Source: Octopus sinensis
Lineage: Eukaryota
Direction: 5' to 3'
NCBI RefSeq assembly: GCF_006345805.1
Contig: NC_043008.1
Span: 51,150,001 to 51,214,000 of the forward strand
DNA length: 64,000 bases
The notes under the pieces are model-generated. The model was not told where the DNA came from. It made no database searches and worked only from the letters and a program-made list of their open reading frames with translations. Below, one piece after another: positions 51,736 to 64,000 of this stretch; position 1 is the first letter of the stretch; every line of letters begins with the position of its first letter. A program made the position numbers and the translations under genes.

Positions 51736-53369
51736 GTTCAATGTAATTATTTCTCTGTGATCACTGAAGTTAATCACTCCGATTCCCTTCCTTCCGCAGT
51801 TCTCCTTCTTCTTCTCCTCCCCCTCCCCCATTACTTTCTTTACTCATCCTCTCCCTCCCTCTCTGTCTCTCTCTCTATCTCTCCCTCTTGTTCAGTCTTT
51901 TTCTTACTCTTTCTTTCAGTATTCACTCGCTCCACCCCTATTATTTTATCTAAGTATTTCTGATGTTCTAAATACCTATGTATGTGTGTACATATTTACA
52001 TAAACTTATAAGCACACACTCACATACATAAATATAACGACATACATTCATACATATGTGTGTATGTGTGTGTAAGTATTACGTATATATGTATGTATGC
52101 ATGTGTGTGTGTGTATGCTAATATATGTGTATATGTATATATGTATATATATATATACATACATATACATACACACACACACATATGGTCACTGTCTCCT
52201 CGTGAGAGAGGGAGGTCATCACTGACCATTTCCCGGGTAAAATACTAGCTACCCAGCGTTCACGTCTGCATATTCCATCCATGTTCAATAACTTATCTAC
52301 TCGACCGGGCATCGGGTTGTTGCCTCGCCGGCGATAGCACAACCTGATATTTTAGCTTGTACAGCGCCTCGCGAACCCTCTCCATCTACTGAGACAATCC
52401 AAAGATAAGCCAGGGCAAGATATCCGATGCCAGTATGGGTCACACGCTGAGGAATGTGGGGCCGGCACGATCTCAAGTGCAAGGAAAAGTCCCCTAAAAT
52501 GTTCAGCGCCATTTCCTGCATATCTGGTTTTGTATCAGCGGAACCTCACCAGGCGAGACTCATGTTTGGGAACCAAGCTCCTTGTGCGTGCACGCGCGTG
52601 TGTGGAGTACTTAAAGTACGTGCCTGAGTTTGCTGATGCCACGTTCTATATGTTGAGTCAAAAGCTACGGTCAAGTGGTGGGGCGTCAAGTATTTACTTA
52701 TAGGTGAGTGGTACTTTTGTAAGTAGACATTCGCCTGCAGCTAGTACCCGGAAATATATTATTCCGGTCTGATATTACGTTTATATGCATTAAAAATTAA
52801 CTGAAGAGGCGTTGAAACGTGTTAGCAAAAGATAAATGGTTTGTTGAATAACGTTTGAGAAGCTTTTATCTGGATGAGGATACTGTGCTTAATGAAAACA
52901 ATGTAGTCATCAATGTAGCAAACTAACAACACTATGTAGGAGTCCAGCGTACTAACAACATATTTGTGCCTCAATATGGCGTACATGTTTCTGCGGAATT
53001 CCTGTGTTTCTCAAAGGTCATAGCAATATCGTTGACTTGTTAGAAAAATAAACAACTGAGTATAAGGACGTCTTCAACAATGCAGAGGAGGTGTCAGTAT
53101 TGGGTACGGACAAATGGTAACGGCCTAATAATGCACTACGTACTGATAGAACATTGTGGGGTGGTGGAGGTGTTGGGTTATGTCCCTGTAAAATGATTTG
53201 ATGTGGCTATTGTGAATGGAGTAAAATCTCTTGGGGGAACAAAACATGAATTGAAGAGTTTTAGGGCAGAGGTGGAGTCCTTGATGTGAGTTAGTAAGCC
53301 AGGGTCGACAGGTAATGGCTGGTTGTTGAAGTAGCTGTTTGTTGGTGGAGCAGTCACAAGTGGAGGGGT

Positions 53370-53688
53370 TCCAGTTGATCCGATCAATGGAACAGCCTGC
53401 TCGTGAAATTAACGTGTACCCTTAACTTGTTCTCGGGAAGATTCAGCGTGACACAGATGTAACAAGGCTGGGTTTTTGAAATACAGGTACAACAGAAACA
53501 GGAAGAAAGATTGAGAGAAAGTTGTGGTGAAAGAGAACAGCAGGGGTCGCCACCCCCCCCTGTCGGAGCCTTGTGGAGCTTTAGGTGTTTTCGCTCAATA
53601 AACACTCACCATGCTCAGTCTGGGAATCGAAACCGTGATCCTACGACCGCTTGTCCGCTAACCCAGGCACTGGGACATTGCGCCTTCA

Positions 53689-53689
<1 letters not shown>
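53370..53689 (-). mobile_element. tRNA-derived SINE, family D (head related to family C, different body)
   Basis: Minus strand TGAAGGCGCAATGTCCCAGTG..GGTCGTAGGATCACGGTTTCGATTCCCAGAC (B-box), then TTGAGCGAAAACACCTAAAGCTCC and a distinct 3' half. Confidence 0.75.
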
Positions 53690-53729
<40 letters not shown>

Positions 53730-53819
53730 CGCACATATATTCATTTTTTTCTGTAGTTTCAGCTCAGAGCTGCGGCCATGCTGTGCACCACCGTTATATA
53801 TACATATATATATATATAT

Positions 53820-53864
<45 letters not shown>

Positions 53865-53869
53865 CATAT

Positions 53870-54088
53870 GATTATGTTTGTGTGTTTGTGTTTGTCCCCA
53901 CCCTCAACATCTCTTGACAACCGATGCTGGTGTGTTTACTTCCCCGTAACTTAGCGGTTCGGCAAAAGAAACCGATAGAATAATTACTAGGCTTACAAAG
54001 GAAAAAGTCCTGGGGTCGATTTGCTCGGCTAAAGGCGCTGCTCCAGCATGGCCGCAGTCAAATGACTGAAACAAGTGAAAGAGTAAAA
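53870..54088 (+). mobile_element. 3' half of a family B SINE
   Basis: Nearly identical to 61630-61830. Confidence 0.9.
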
Positions 54089-54575
54089 AAGTATATATAC
54101 AGATATACATACTTTCATATGTATATGTTGTTGTGTGTGTGTGTGCGTGTGTGTATGCTTGTGGGTTTATATATACATGCATACATACATGCATATATGT
54201 ATGCATGTATATATGTCTATGTGTATATGTATTTCTCTACATATAGTATACACACACACATACACCACATCACACACATGTATATATACATACATGCATA
54301 TATACATGCATACATACTATACATACATACATATATATATAATATATATATATCAGTATATATATATATATAATTATATATATATGAACATTTCTCTTGA
54401 TGACACAGTTCTAGTCCGGTAGAAGCTCCATTCTATATAATAAATTAAATTACTCTGCTATGTATTAGAGTACCTTATTTACTGTGGTTACACCCGAATC
54501 AACCCGGGACTATATATATCTATATATTATATATAATATAGGCATACATACATATTGCACACACACACACACACA

Positions 54576-54624
<49 letters not shown>

Positions 54625-54744
54625 ATGTATGTATATATAATATATATATGTATACATACATCCATATATAATATATAATATGTATTATATAATATATATA
54701 CATATTATTATTAATTATATATATATATATACATACATACATAT

Positions 54745-54775
<31 letters not shown>

Positions 54776-55265
54776 TCACACCATATTATAATATATATAT
54801 ATATACAGCCACACGTGCACGCACAAGCTATAGTACAGACAATGAACGACTCATTAACTCTGCTCTGTCTTTCTCAGCAGGGTAACTCGTAATGACACTG
54901 ATAAGGCCGGGCAGTTTTTCTTATTTAATCAAGCCACACTGCTATGCCCTAAAGTTTCTCCCCTTTACTTGCTAAAGTAAGTGTTGGCTTCATAGAAGTA
55001 TCGCACCGTTTACGTCCCATGTCTGGGCTGGCTTCTGGCGGAGGGAGAGGGCGTAATGAATGAGGGCTAGTGTGAGTGGTAGATAATATTAATAATGATA
55101 GCGAGGGAATTGCGAAGGGGAGGAATACCGAAGGCAGTTATGAATGTGTGTGTGTTTTGTATAAACAGAGAGAGAGAGAGAGAGAGAGAGAGGAATGAGA
55201 GGGATGGAAGTAGCAGTGGGAGAGATGCCAGAATCATATATATATATATACATATATATATACAT

Positions 55266-55308
<43 letters not shown>

Positions 55309-55422
55309 TAGATATATATACATATATATGCATGCATATATATATACAACACACCAACATAATATGTGTGTACATATATATATGTGTATATATACTCAGA
55401 CACACAGACACACACACACACA

Positions 55423-55516
<94 letters not shown>

Positions 55517-55549
55517 AAAGAAACAGGCAGAGATGGTATTGGTGGTAAG

Positions 55550-55627
55550 AGAGAAAGAGAGGTTTCTAGAGAAAGACAGAGAGACATGGCAAGAAATGAT
55601 AGTAGGAGGGTCAATGTGTGAGTGTGT

Positions 55628-55671
<44 letters not shown>

Positions 55672-56760
55672 GACAGAGATAGGGAGAGTGGTAGTGGCGG
55701 TAGTAGGAAGTGCAGAGGTAGTGAAAGGGGGAGAGAAAGTTCTGGAGAAAGACAGATATGGACAGAGTTCGTAGCGGTGGTGGTTTCGGAGAGAATGTAA
55801 GATATAGTGAAGGGGGTGGAGGCATGTGAAGGAAGCAAAAAGAGATGAGGAGAGAGGGAGGAGGGTAGAGAAAGGGAGGAGGAGAAAGTGTGTTAGAGAG
55901 AGAGGGGGAAAGAAAGAGAGAAAGACGGGAAATAAATATTGTATGAGAGTGTTTGAGTGAGAGAAATGGTAAGCGATAGTGTGATTGAGCGAAAGAGTGA
56001 GTGAAGTGAGTGAGTGAGTGAATGAGAGAGTGAAGTGAGTGAGTGAGTGAGTGAGTGGTGTGAGTGAGGAGTGAGAAATGTAAAGATTTGAGAGAGGGAA
56101 GGTATCTGTGTGTGTGTGTGTGTGTGTTGGTGAGAGAAAAGGCGTTATCTCGATAGGGTGAGTGAGAAAGGATGTTACAGAGAGAGAGAGACAGACTGGC
56201 AGAGGGAGAGAGAGAATGTATAGGTGGAGGGAGGATAGGGAGGAGGAGAGAAAAGTTGTAGTGTGAGAATGATATACTTTCTGAGAGGGTGAGGTGAAGC
56301 AATGATTATGTAAGAGACGCTGAGTGGGACGAAGAGATTGAGGGAGAGAGAACGGGAGTAAATAGGTGGAGGGACGAGAGTTTGAAGACGGGAAGAGAGA
56401 GAGAGAGAGAGAGAGTTTGCGAGAGAGTGAAAGAGCAGTAGTGTGAGAAAAAGAATGAAATTTCGAGAGGGTGAGTGAAGCAGTGATTATGCAAGAGGTA
56501 GACAAGGAAGAAAGCGAGCAGAACTGTATGGAAGGAGAGGAGAGAGAGAATAGGGGTGAGAGAGAGGAGAGTGAGTGAGTGAGTGAGAGAGAGAGAAGAG
56601 AAGAGAGAGGGACGGGTGTAAGTGATAGTCGGAGGAAAGAAAAGATTTTGAGAGAGGGTGAATGCAGCGGTGAGTATATAAGAAGGGGAGAGAAGGAGAG
56701 AAGGAGTTGGAGAAGCAGCGAAAAAGAGTAGTGGTATGAGAAAAAGAAGTTCGTTGAGTG
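55550..56760. repeat. Purine-rich (GA/GT) low-complexity tract with a degenerate higher-order unit of about 180 bp
   Basis: GTAGTGTGAGAA...GAGAGGGTGAG(G)TGAAGCA(A/G)TGATTATG(T/C)AAGAG at about 56258-56315 and 56438-56497, with a weaker copy at about 56650. Confidence 0.7.
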
Positions 56761-56904
56761 AGTAAGAAAGCTTAACGCAACAGCAGTTCATAGAAGTTTC
56801 AGCTTGCAGTAGTAGTGGTGGTAGTGGTGGTGGTGGTGGTGTGGTTGTTTGTGGGTGCTGTGGTGGTGGTGGTGGTGGTGGTGGTGGTGTGGTGGTGAGG
56901 GGAT

Positions 56905-57925
56905 GTTGTCTGAGTGGCTGAATCGATTGGGCGTCGGATAAAACGCATCGGACTGTTACAACTTTCAAAGTTGCCAAGTTCAAATAACGCCGAAGTCAAC
57001 TTTGCCTTTTATCTTTTCAGAATCGATAGAATAGTACCAGCTGAGCACTGGGGTCGATGTAATCGATGAGCCCCCCCCCCCCTGTCCATCAACATTTCAA
57101 GACTTGTGTCTATAATAAGGCGCTGAACAGACAGAATTATTAGCACGCCGGACAAAATGCTTCACGACATTTCTTTCGGTTTTACGTTCCAAGTACAAAT
57201 ACGGTTGAGGTCAGCTTTGCTTTTATGCTTTTAGGGTCGATAAAATAGGTACCAGCGATGTACTGGGGTCAATGAAATCGACTTTTCTCCTCCCCTAAAA
57301 ATGATGGTCTTGTATCAAACTTCGCATAAATGCTGGGCGAAATGCTTAGCGGTATTTCGTCTGTCTTTACGTTCTGAGTTCAAATTCCGCGGAGGTCAAA
57401 TTTGCCTTTCATCCTTTCGGGGTCGATTAAATAAGTACCAGTTACGCACTGGGGTCGATGTAATCGACTTAATCCGCTTGTCTGTCCTTGTTTGTCCTCT
57501 CTGTGTTTAGCCCCTTGTGGGTAGTAAAGAAATAGGTCTCTCGCCTGCCGCTACGTTCTGAGTTCAAATTCCGCCGTAGTCAACTTTGCCTCTTAACATT
57601 TCATAGTCGACGCAATAAGTATCAATGAGAAAGTGGGGTCGATGTTATCGACTAAACCCCTTCTCACGAAATGCCACACTATGTGCCTAGAGTAGAAAGA
57701 ATTACTTTATGAAACGGCGAGCTGGCTGAATCCCGAGAGTGCCGGAATGAATATCTTACGAGATTTCGTCCGACACTTTACGTTTTGTGTTCACTTCCAG
57801 TTGCGGTTAACTTTGCTTTTCATTAACCTGGCACCCCTAAAATAAAGTTTCGGTTAGGTACAAGTATCGATTGTTTCCGCTCATTTCCTACCCTCAAAAC
57901 TGCTGGCGTGATGTCTAAATCAGAA
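56905..57925 (+). mobile_element. Head-to-tail array of five family A SINE units
   Basis: Nin-like cores at about 56995, 57210, 57395, 57580 and 57805. The array includes a tail-1/tail-2 dimer joined at AAAGAAATA|GGT (57534/57535). Confidence 0.85.
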
Positions 57926-57942
57926 ATAATAATGATAATAAT

Positions 57943-58341
57943 TCGAAGCCGAAATGCTGATGTTGACCAAGCAACGACTCATCAGTGGCTGAGAAGCTTA
58001 GGACTGAAAGCAGAGACTGAAGGTTTCATATTAGCGGCACAAGGCCAAAACTTGCTTACCAAAACCTACAAGGTTAACGTTCTTCAAAACGGTTCTGACC
58101 CTAAATGCAGATTTTGCGACACATTTGACGAAACAATAGACCATCTTGTCTCGGGATGTCCTGTACTGACATTGAATTAATAAAAAAATCGCCACGATAG
58201 GGTAGGACAGTGTTTACATTGGAAAATATGTAAACACTACAAAACCAGCACTCTTGCTTACTGTTATGAACATCATCCTGAGCCAGTCGTTGAAGGTAAA
58301 AATGTCACTATACTCTGGAATTTTCCAATCAACACCGACAA
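57943..58341 (+). mobile_element. Dong/R4-clade LINE remnant (CCHC zinc knuckle to the start of the RLE domain)
   Basis: THQWLRSLGLKAETEGFILAAQGQNLLTK..DPKCRFCDTFDETIDHLVSGCPVL..RHDRVGQCLHWKICKHY..YEHHPEPVVEGKNVTILWNFPINTDKTIQAN. It is preceded by a short (TAA)n. Confidence 0.92.
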
Positions 58342-58344
58342 AAC

Positions 58345-60050
58345 TATCCAGGCTAATCTATAGTGTCAGTGGAAGATTCTTAGATGCGCGCTGGGTCAGC
58401 GTGGTGCATGCCTATATAAGAGCGAGTGCAAAACTGCTCAGATGTTTCCAACTACCTGACATGTACCGACTGTATTTTCTGAATGTGTCAGTGAGGACAT
58501 GGATAAACTGCATCGACTCATCCAGATCACATATCGATACAGTATTGTGTAGACCAGTAGATAAGGACAGTATAGGTTGACCACATTCCAAACTACACAG
58601 ATCGCAAAATTGGGATCTATACAATTGACCTCAAAAGACTTCATAGGCAGGGACCTAGTTACAGGATGCTGAACGTGTTGTTCCCTGTGTGAAAAGATTA
58701 CAGAGACCATATCACCGAGTTAAGCGGACATTGACAAATTGTAATTCACTCTGAAAAGATCGATAAGAGAATTGATAAGGTTTAGTAAGGAAGTATCGAG
58801 AGAGAAAAGATAAGAGGGTGACTTAGCAACTTAGAAGGCATCGCAGCTGACGTGTTGGCAGCGAGGTTGGCTCTTGATTAATAACTCAGCCAAAAATACG
58901 AAGACAGCATTTTCAGAGCTAAGGCACATGCTCCAAGGTACCAATGAATGATATCCTTTCGAGGGACTCTCGTGCTAGAGAGGCAACGAAACACAATTTG
59001 CTCTTTCATACTGACCATGCTTAGTACGTACTAATCGATTCCAAGCAGACATGTGCTGCTCTTTAAGTGGCATTCTGCTCGATTGTTTGAGACTATTGAT
59101 GAGCTTGATCTCAGGGTGGAATTTAATGTGTACCTCAATTATGGGCGGGGGGCGGAATGTTGTGAAAGGCCGAAAATAACTGATACTATAAGCATTCTGA
59201 ACTTTACACTAGATATTTCAGGTGAGCTATTAGCAAATGTTTATCACAAATGGCAGCAGAACTGAACTGTCCCTAGGTTTTATTTTTAGAAGAGAAACGG
59301 AAAACTTGTGAGAAAAGACTCGAAGAAAAGAGATCACATTGAACATTTTCGTCCCATAACTCTGCTAAACGCAGATAATAATATTTTGTCCACGGTGTAA
59401 AATGAAGTGGCTCGTGCTCGGCAATGGTTTGAGTTGTGAAGCACAGATATGTGCCATCTAGAATAGATCTCTTCACGACAACCTTTACTTCATGCAGTAT
59501 ATTATAGAAAGGTTGAGTAAGAAACCTGGCATGGGAGGGGCCCTGATCAAGTTAAAGGAATCGAAAGCGTTTGATGAAATTGGTTTCAGATCAGCCTTCA
59601 GTGGTTGAGTCACCGCAATATACAGCGACACCTACTCGAAGATTAGGTTGAATGACCACCTTTTGGAACCATTTAACGTTATGACATTTATTCTTCATAG
59701 TCGTGACTTCTTGTCTTATTTGTATTGACTGATTTCTTAAGCCGCTAATAGGGAAAATAAAGACACTGAGTATCATCCTGCACGAACTAGGGTGCGCAAG
59801 TAGTAGTAGTAGTTGCCGAACACCAGATTTATCGAAGTTATCAGTACTAATCTGTGGCAATAGGAGGCGGTGAGAAGAGTCAAACTCTACCAGGAAATAT
59901 CGGTGGGCCTGCAGCTCGATACCTGGCATTGCATGTCCATATCGTCCAACAGAGTTGTGAGCACTGGACGGATCTTCAAAATTACTCAAGGCTTGGTCGA
60001 AATCTCAAGATAGGACCAGAATTGAAACAAGAGAAACGATAAAAGATACA
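58345..60050 (+). mobile_element. Decayed L1/Tx1-clade LINE ORF2 (reverse transcriptase region)
   Basis: LLANVYHKWQQN; EHFRPITLLNADNNILSTV (59341-59397); AQICAI*NRSLHDNLYFMQYIIER..GGALIKLKESKAFD (the RT LD..KAFD motif, degenerate); QEISVGLQLDTW near 59890-59925. Confidence 0.8.
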
Positions 60051-60354
60051 TCCACTCAATTTTCGTCACCATTCACGGTGGAAAGCAGTTTTATAAGAAA
60101 AAACGAAAAAAAAGTTTTGATCAAGAACGTCATATTTGAAACTATTTTCTGTTGAAATATTTCAAGTTTATGGAGACATCTTTACTTGCAGAAAATGTCA
60201 ATTCTATCTTTTGGAAGATATACTGCATCATCACTGGAATAATCTTGAAATTTAATTTTGCAGGGAAAGTGTTACAATAGCGGATTCGTATTTGAAGTAA
60301 CATAGCTACTCCTTCTAGGTCATGTGGTTACATAGAGGTTGTTTCAATTACCAC

Positions 60355-60376
60355 TGTAGTAGTAGTAGTAGCAGTA

Positions 60377-60413
<37 letters not shown>

Positions 60414-60513
60414 CCGCAGCTACAGCAGCAGTAGAAGTAGTAGTAGCAGTAGTAGTAGTAGTAGTAGTAGTAGCCGCAGCTACAGCAGCAGTAGTAGCAG
60501 CAGTAGAAGTAGT

Positions 60514-60593
<80 letters not shown>

Positions 60594-60727
60594 TGTAGCA
60601 GCAGCAGTATTACTGGTAGTGATAGTAGTAGTAGTTGTTGCAGGAGCGGCAACAGCAGCGGCAGTACAGCAGCAGCAGCAGCAGTGGCAGCAGCAGTAGT
60701 AGCAGCAGCAGCAGTAGTAGCAGTAGC

Positions 60728-60762
<35 letters not shown>
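60355..60762. repeat. (AGT/AGC)n compound microsatellite with an internal 60-bp duplication
   Basis: TAGCCGCAGCTACAGCAGCAGTAG occurs at 60411 and 60471. Confidence 0.9.
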
Positions 60763-60764
<2 letters not shown>

Positions 60765-61291
60765 TCTGCGTGGTGCTAAGTGAAGAACAGGTAACCTGAA
60801 CTGCTTGCTGTTCTTTGACTGACTTTTCCTCGTAGTTTCCAAATGGAGAAATGGTAAAGTGTGTCTTCTTCCTTCGTGTCTCTGCTGCAAACTTTATAAA
60901 TATACATTGGTGGTGCCAAGTATGGGGGGGGGGGGGGAGGAGAGAAGAGATAGAAGGAGTGAGCGAGAGTGGGAGGGAGCTTGTAATAGGAAGTTGGAGT
61001 TAGTAGTGAGAGGTTAGCTGTTTCGAAACCACATGAAATAGAATTGGGAAAGAGAGAGAGAGAGAGAGAGAATTGTGATAGAGAGAAGGAGAGATCTAAA
61101 ACGGTAAGGAAGAGGGCGAAAGAAATAGAATTGTGAGAGAGAGAAGAAAAAAAGAAAGCGAGGGAGAGATAGGGAAAGAGGGAGAGACGGAGAGAGGGAA
61201 AGAAAGAAAGGAAAAAACAGATGAAGGAAGATAGAAAGAGAGAGAACAAATTATGGCCGAGAGCACATGAGTGAGAGTGTGAATGTGAGCG

Positions 61292-61328
<37 letters not shown>

Positions 61329-61418
61329 AAGAGAGAGAGGGTGGGGAAGAAAGAGAGACAGACAGACAGAAAATAACCGACTTGGGGGTAAGAGTAGCCA
61401 GAATATCTTCAAATGGAT

Positions 61419-61841
61419 GCGCAGGAGTGGCTGTGTGGTAAGTAGCTTGCTTACCAACCACATGGTTCCGGGTTCAGTCCCACTTCGTGGCATCTTGGGC
61501 AAGTGTCTTCTGCTATAGCCCCGGGCCGACCAATGCCTTGTGAGTGGATTTGGTAGACGGAAACTGAAAGAAGCCTGTCGTATATATGTATATATATATA
61601 TATGTGTGTGTGTGTGTTTGTGTGTTTGTGTGTCTGTGTTTGTCCCCCTAGCATTGCTTGACAACCAATGCTGGTATGTTTACGTCCCCGTCACTTAGCG
61701 GTTCGGCAAAAGAGACCGATAGAATAAGTACTGGGCTTACAAAGAATAAGTCCCGGGGTCGATTTGATCGACTAAAGGCGGTGCTCCAGCATGGCCGCAG
61801 TCAAATGACTGAAACAAGTAAAAGAGTAAAGAGTAAAAGAG
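61419..61841 (+). mobile_element. Young full-length family B SINE (best reference copy in the window)
   Basis: GCGCAGGAGTGGCTGTGTGGTAAG (A-box), GGGTTCAGTCCC (B-box-like), CTTGGGCAAGTGTCTT core, an internal TA/TG tract, and tail (GTAAAAGA)n. Confidence 0.92.
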
Positions 61842-61875
<34 letters not shown>

Positions 61876-62867
61876 ATATATATTTATACATATATTTGTA
61901 AATATTTTAATATATTGTTATCTTTCGGTATGGTCATTTTTCTTTCTCCTTTTTTATTCTTGTCCAATAAACACACGCGCTATATATTCGTTCTTCACTT
62001 GTTTATTGCTGTTCTTGTTTTATGTTCATTGTCCGGAAATCTTTTGTCACACACCTGCCGCTTCTTCAGCGGCTCTCCATCACACGTGTCTCCTGTTATG
62101 TTTAGTCAATTTTAGTCTTTGACTTATCTCGATCATTGGGACCGCCATAAAGCATCGAAACTCTATTCCCTCCAGCGCCGCCGAAAACGACACACCATTT
62201 GCATGATGTGGAGAATATACTACCGGCATTGCACAGATGACCTCAGCATCAGCTTCAAACTTCATCCAAGGCTAGGACCAGTGAGATAAATCCCAGCGTC
62301 TTCCAGCGCAGAGACCACCAGATCACTTGATTTCAACCTTCCTTGGTCTTGTCAATGACGGACGCTTGACGGCTAGTGGTAGCAGCGAGCCATCTCCTCG
62401 CTAGTACTATGTGGATAAACAGTGCAAGAACTGGCGGTGTTGTCGCGCTTATATATGAGCGACAGAGGCAGTATCAATATGGAGAAGTAGTATTCATCCT
62501 CACTTGAACGCGGACGTTCTATTAGAACAAACTATACTGCGATAGTTACCAAGAGTGACACTCTCATATTGCCTTTTGGTGCAAAATGCATTCTTGTTTA
62601 TATCGCCAGTGAGTCGGAGAACAGGAATTGGAAAGGGCACTTTTCCTTGGTGTTCAGGGAGATCTTGAAACGTGGGGTTCCTCGATTATCCCAAGAAGTC
62701 CCCCTGTTTCAGGAAGACCGCGTCACGATCGTCTTTTCTTCCCTTTCTTTTAGCTGTTGTATACTAAGTATACTTTTCCCTCTTTGTTTTATTGTACACT
62801 GTGTATACTTCATATATACATGTATGTGTGTGTGAGTGTGTATGATCTTTTCATTATATGTAACCCC

Positions 62868-63171
62868 TCACACACACACACACATACACACACACATACA
62901 CACACACATACACACACACACATACACACACACATACACACACACATACACACACACATACACACACACATACACACACACACATACACACACACATACA
63001 TACTCAATGTCTGTCTTTGTATTGTCCCCCACATCATTCGCCCTCGCAGCAAATAAAAGAAATCATTATCATTGTTATCTTCGCCATCACCATCATCATC
63101 CTCATCACCATCACCATCATCATCATCATCATCATCACCATCATCACCATCACCATCACCATCACCATCAC

Positions 63172-63204
<33 letters not shown>

Positions 63205-63213
63205 TATCATCAT

Positions 63214-63278
<65 letters not shown>

Positions 63279-63339
63279 CCACCACCACCATCATCACCAT
63301 CATCATCATCATCACCATCATCATCATCACCATCATCAC

Positions 63340-63372
<33 letters not shown>

Positions 63373-63466
63373 GGAAAACATTATTATAAGAATTATGATA
63401 TTAAAAATCATGAATATTCTCAAGATAAAGGAAACAATCATCATCATCGTCATCATCATCATCATC

Positions 63467-63518
<52 letters not shown>

Positions 63519-63999
63519 CTGATAATAATACTAAATAATGGTCTCGTTGTGGCTACTGTTCTCTGTTTAATCAATTGTAGTTAAACAGGATTTGTTTTCT
63601 TGTTTTATTCTATTTATTAATTTGTTGGCGTCTTTATTCCGCCATGTTTGAATAATATTTTTATTTTGTTTTCCTTTCCATGTTTTCCGCCTTGTCTCTT
63701 GAAAATACCTGGTATTATCAACTTTCCATTGTACCAAACATCACCACCACCGCCACAACCACAACCATTATCATCATCATCATCACCATTATCATCACTG
63801 CCAACATCATCAACATCCTTCTCATAATCATCATCATCGTCGTCATCATAGTCGTCATCATTATAATCATTTTCTTCTTCTTCTTCTTCTTCTTCTTCTT
63901 CTTCTTCTTCTTCTTCTTCTTCTTCTTCTTCTTCCACTACCACCACCACCACCACCACCTCCATCATCATCATCTTCATCATTTTCGTCTTCTTCACCA
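62868..63999. repeat. Microsatellite field: (CA)/(CACATA)n, (CAT/CAC)n, (AAT)n, (TTC)n
   Basis: Directly visible in the sequence; the source of the poly-H/M/E pseudo-ORFs. Confidence 0.95.
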
Positions 64000-64000
64000 C

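Noticed and set aside
55067-56505. 411-aa and 369-aa minus-strand ORFs
   Set aside because: Stop-poor pyrimidine-rich (CT/CA) low-complexity sequence, with no domain or splice structure.
60762-60782. Partial RE1/NRSE-like motif (TTAGCACCACG) on the minus strand
   Set aside because: The right half-site GGACAG is absent, and REST-type regulation is not established in molluscs.
62836-63538. Poly-His / poly-Ile / poly-Met ORFs
   Set aside because: A (CAT/CAC)n microsatellite that is open in several frames on both strands.

Overview
This is eukaryotic genomic DNA, very AT-rich and saturated with microsatellites. It is most likely from an octopus, inferred from the SINE families, the (TA)/(TACA)/(TAGA)/(AAT) repeat load and a mollusc-type nAChR sequence. 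I can support only one host protein-coding segment: the first coding exon of a nicotinic acetylcholine receptor alpha-type subunit on the minus strand (ATG 30270 to a phase-0 GTAAGT donor after 30019). I could not find the next exon by eye, so bases 1-30018 are probably one intron of more than 30 kb, and 30451-64000 is 5'UTR intron or upstream DNA. Nearly all other ORFs in the track are microsatellite artefacts. The rest of the window is transposable-element debris: three or four tRNA-derived SINE families in dozens of copies; RTE, Dong/R4 and L1/Tx1 LINE remnants; mariner, maT and Chapaev3-like DNA transposon remnants; MITEs and foldbacks; two degenerate minisatellites; and a tRNA-Leu(AAG) pseudogene. 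The observations most worth following up are (1) a full-length SINE flanked by a ~178-bp direct repeat, an apparent giant target-site duplication; (2) several unrelated minimal hammerhead-ribozyme-like motifs, most of them embedded in microsatellites; (3) recurring one-head/two-tail SINE dimers joined at a fixed GGT site; (4) a nest of three Dong-type pieces in one (TAA)n tract; (5) long intronic palindromes; and (6) a CpG-rich promoter-like island inside the nAChR intron. All calls were made by eye, and repeat boundaries are approximate.
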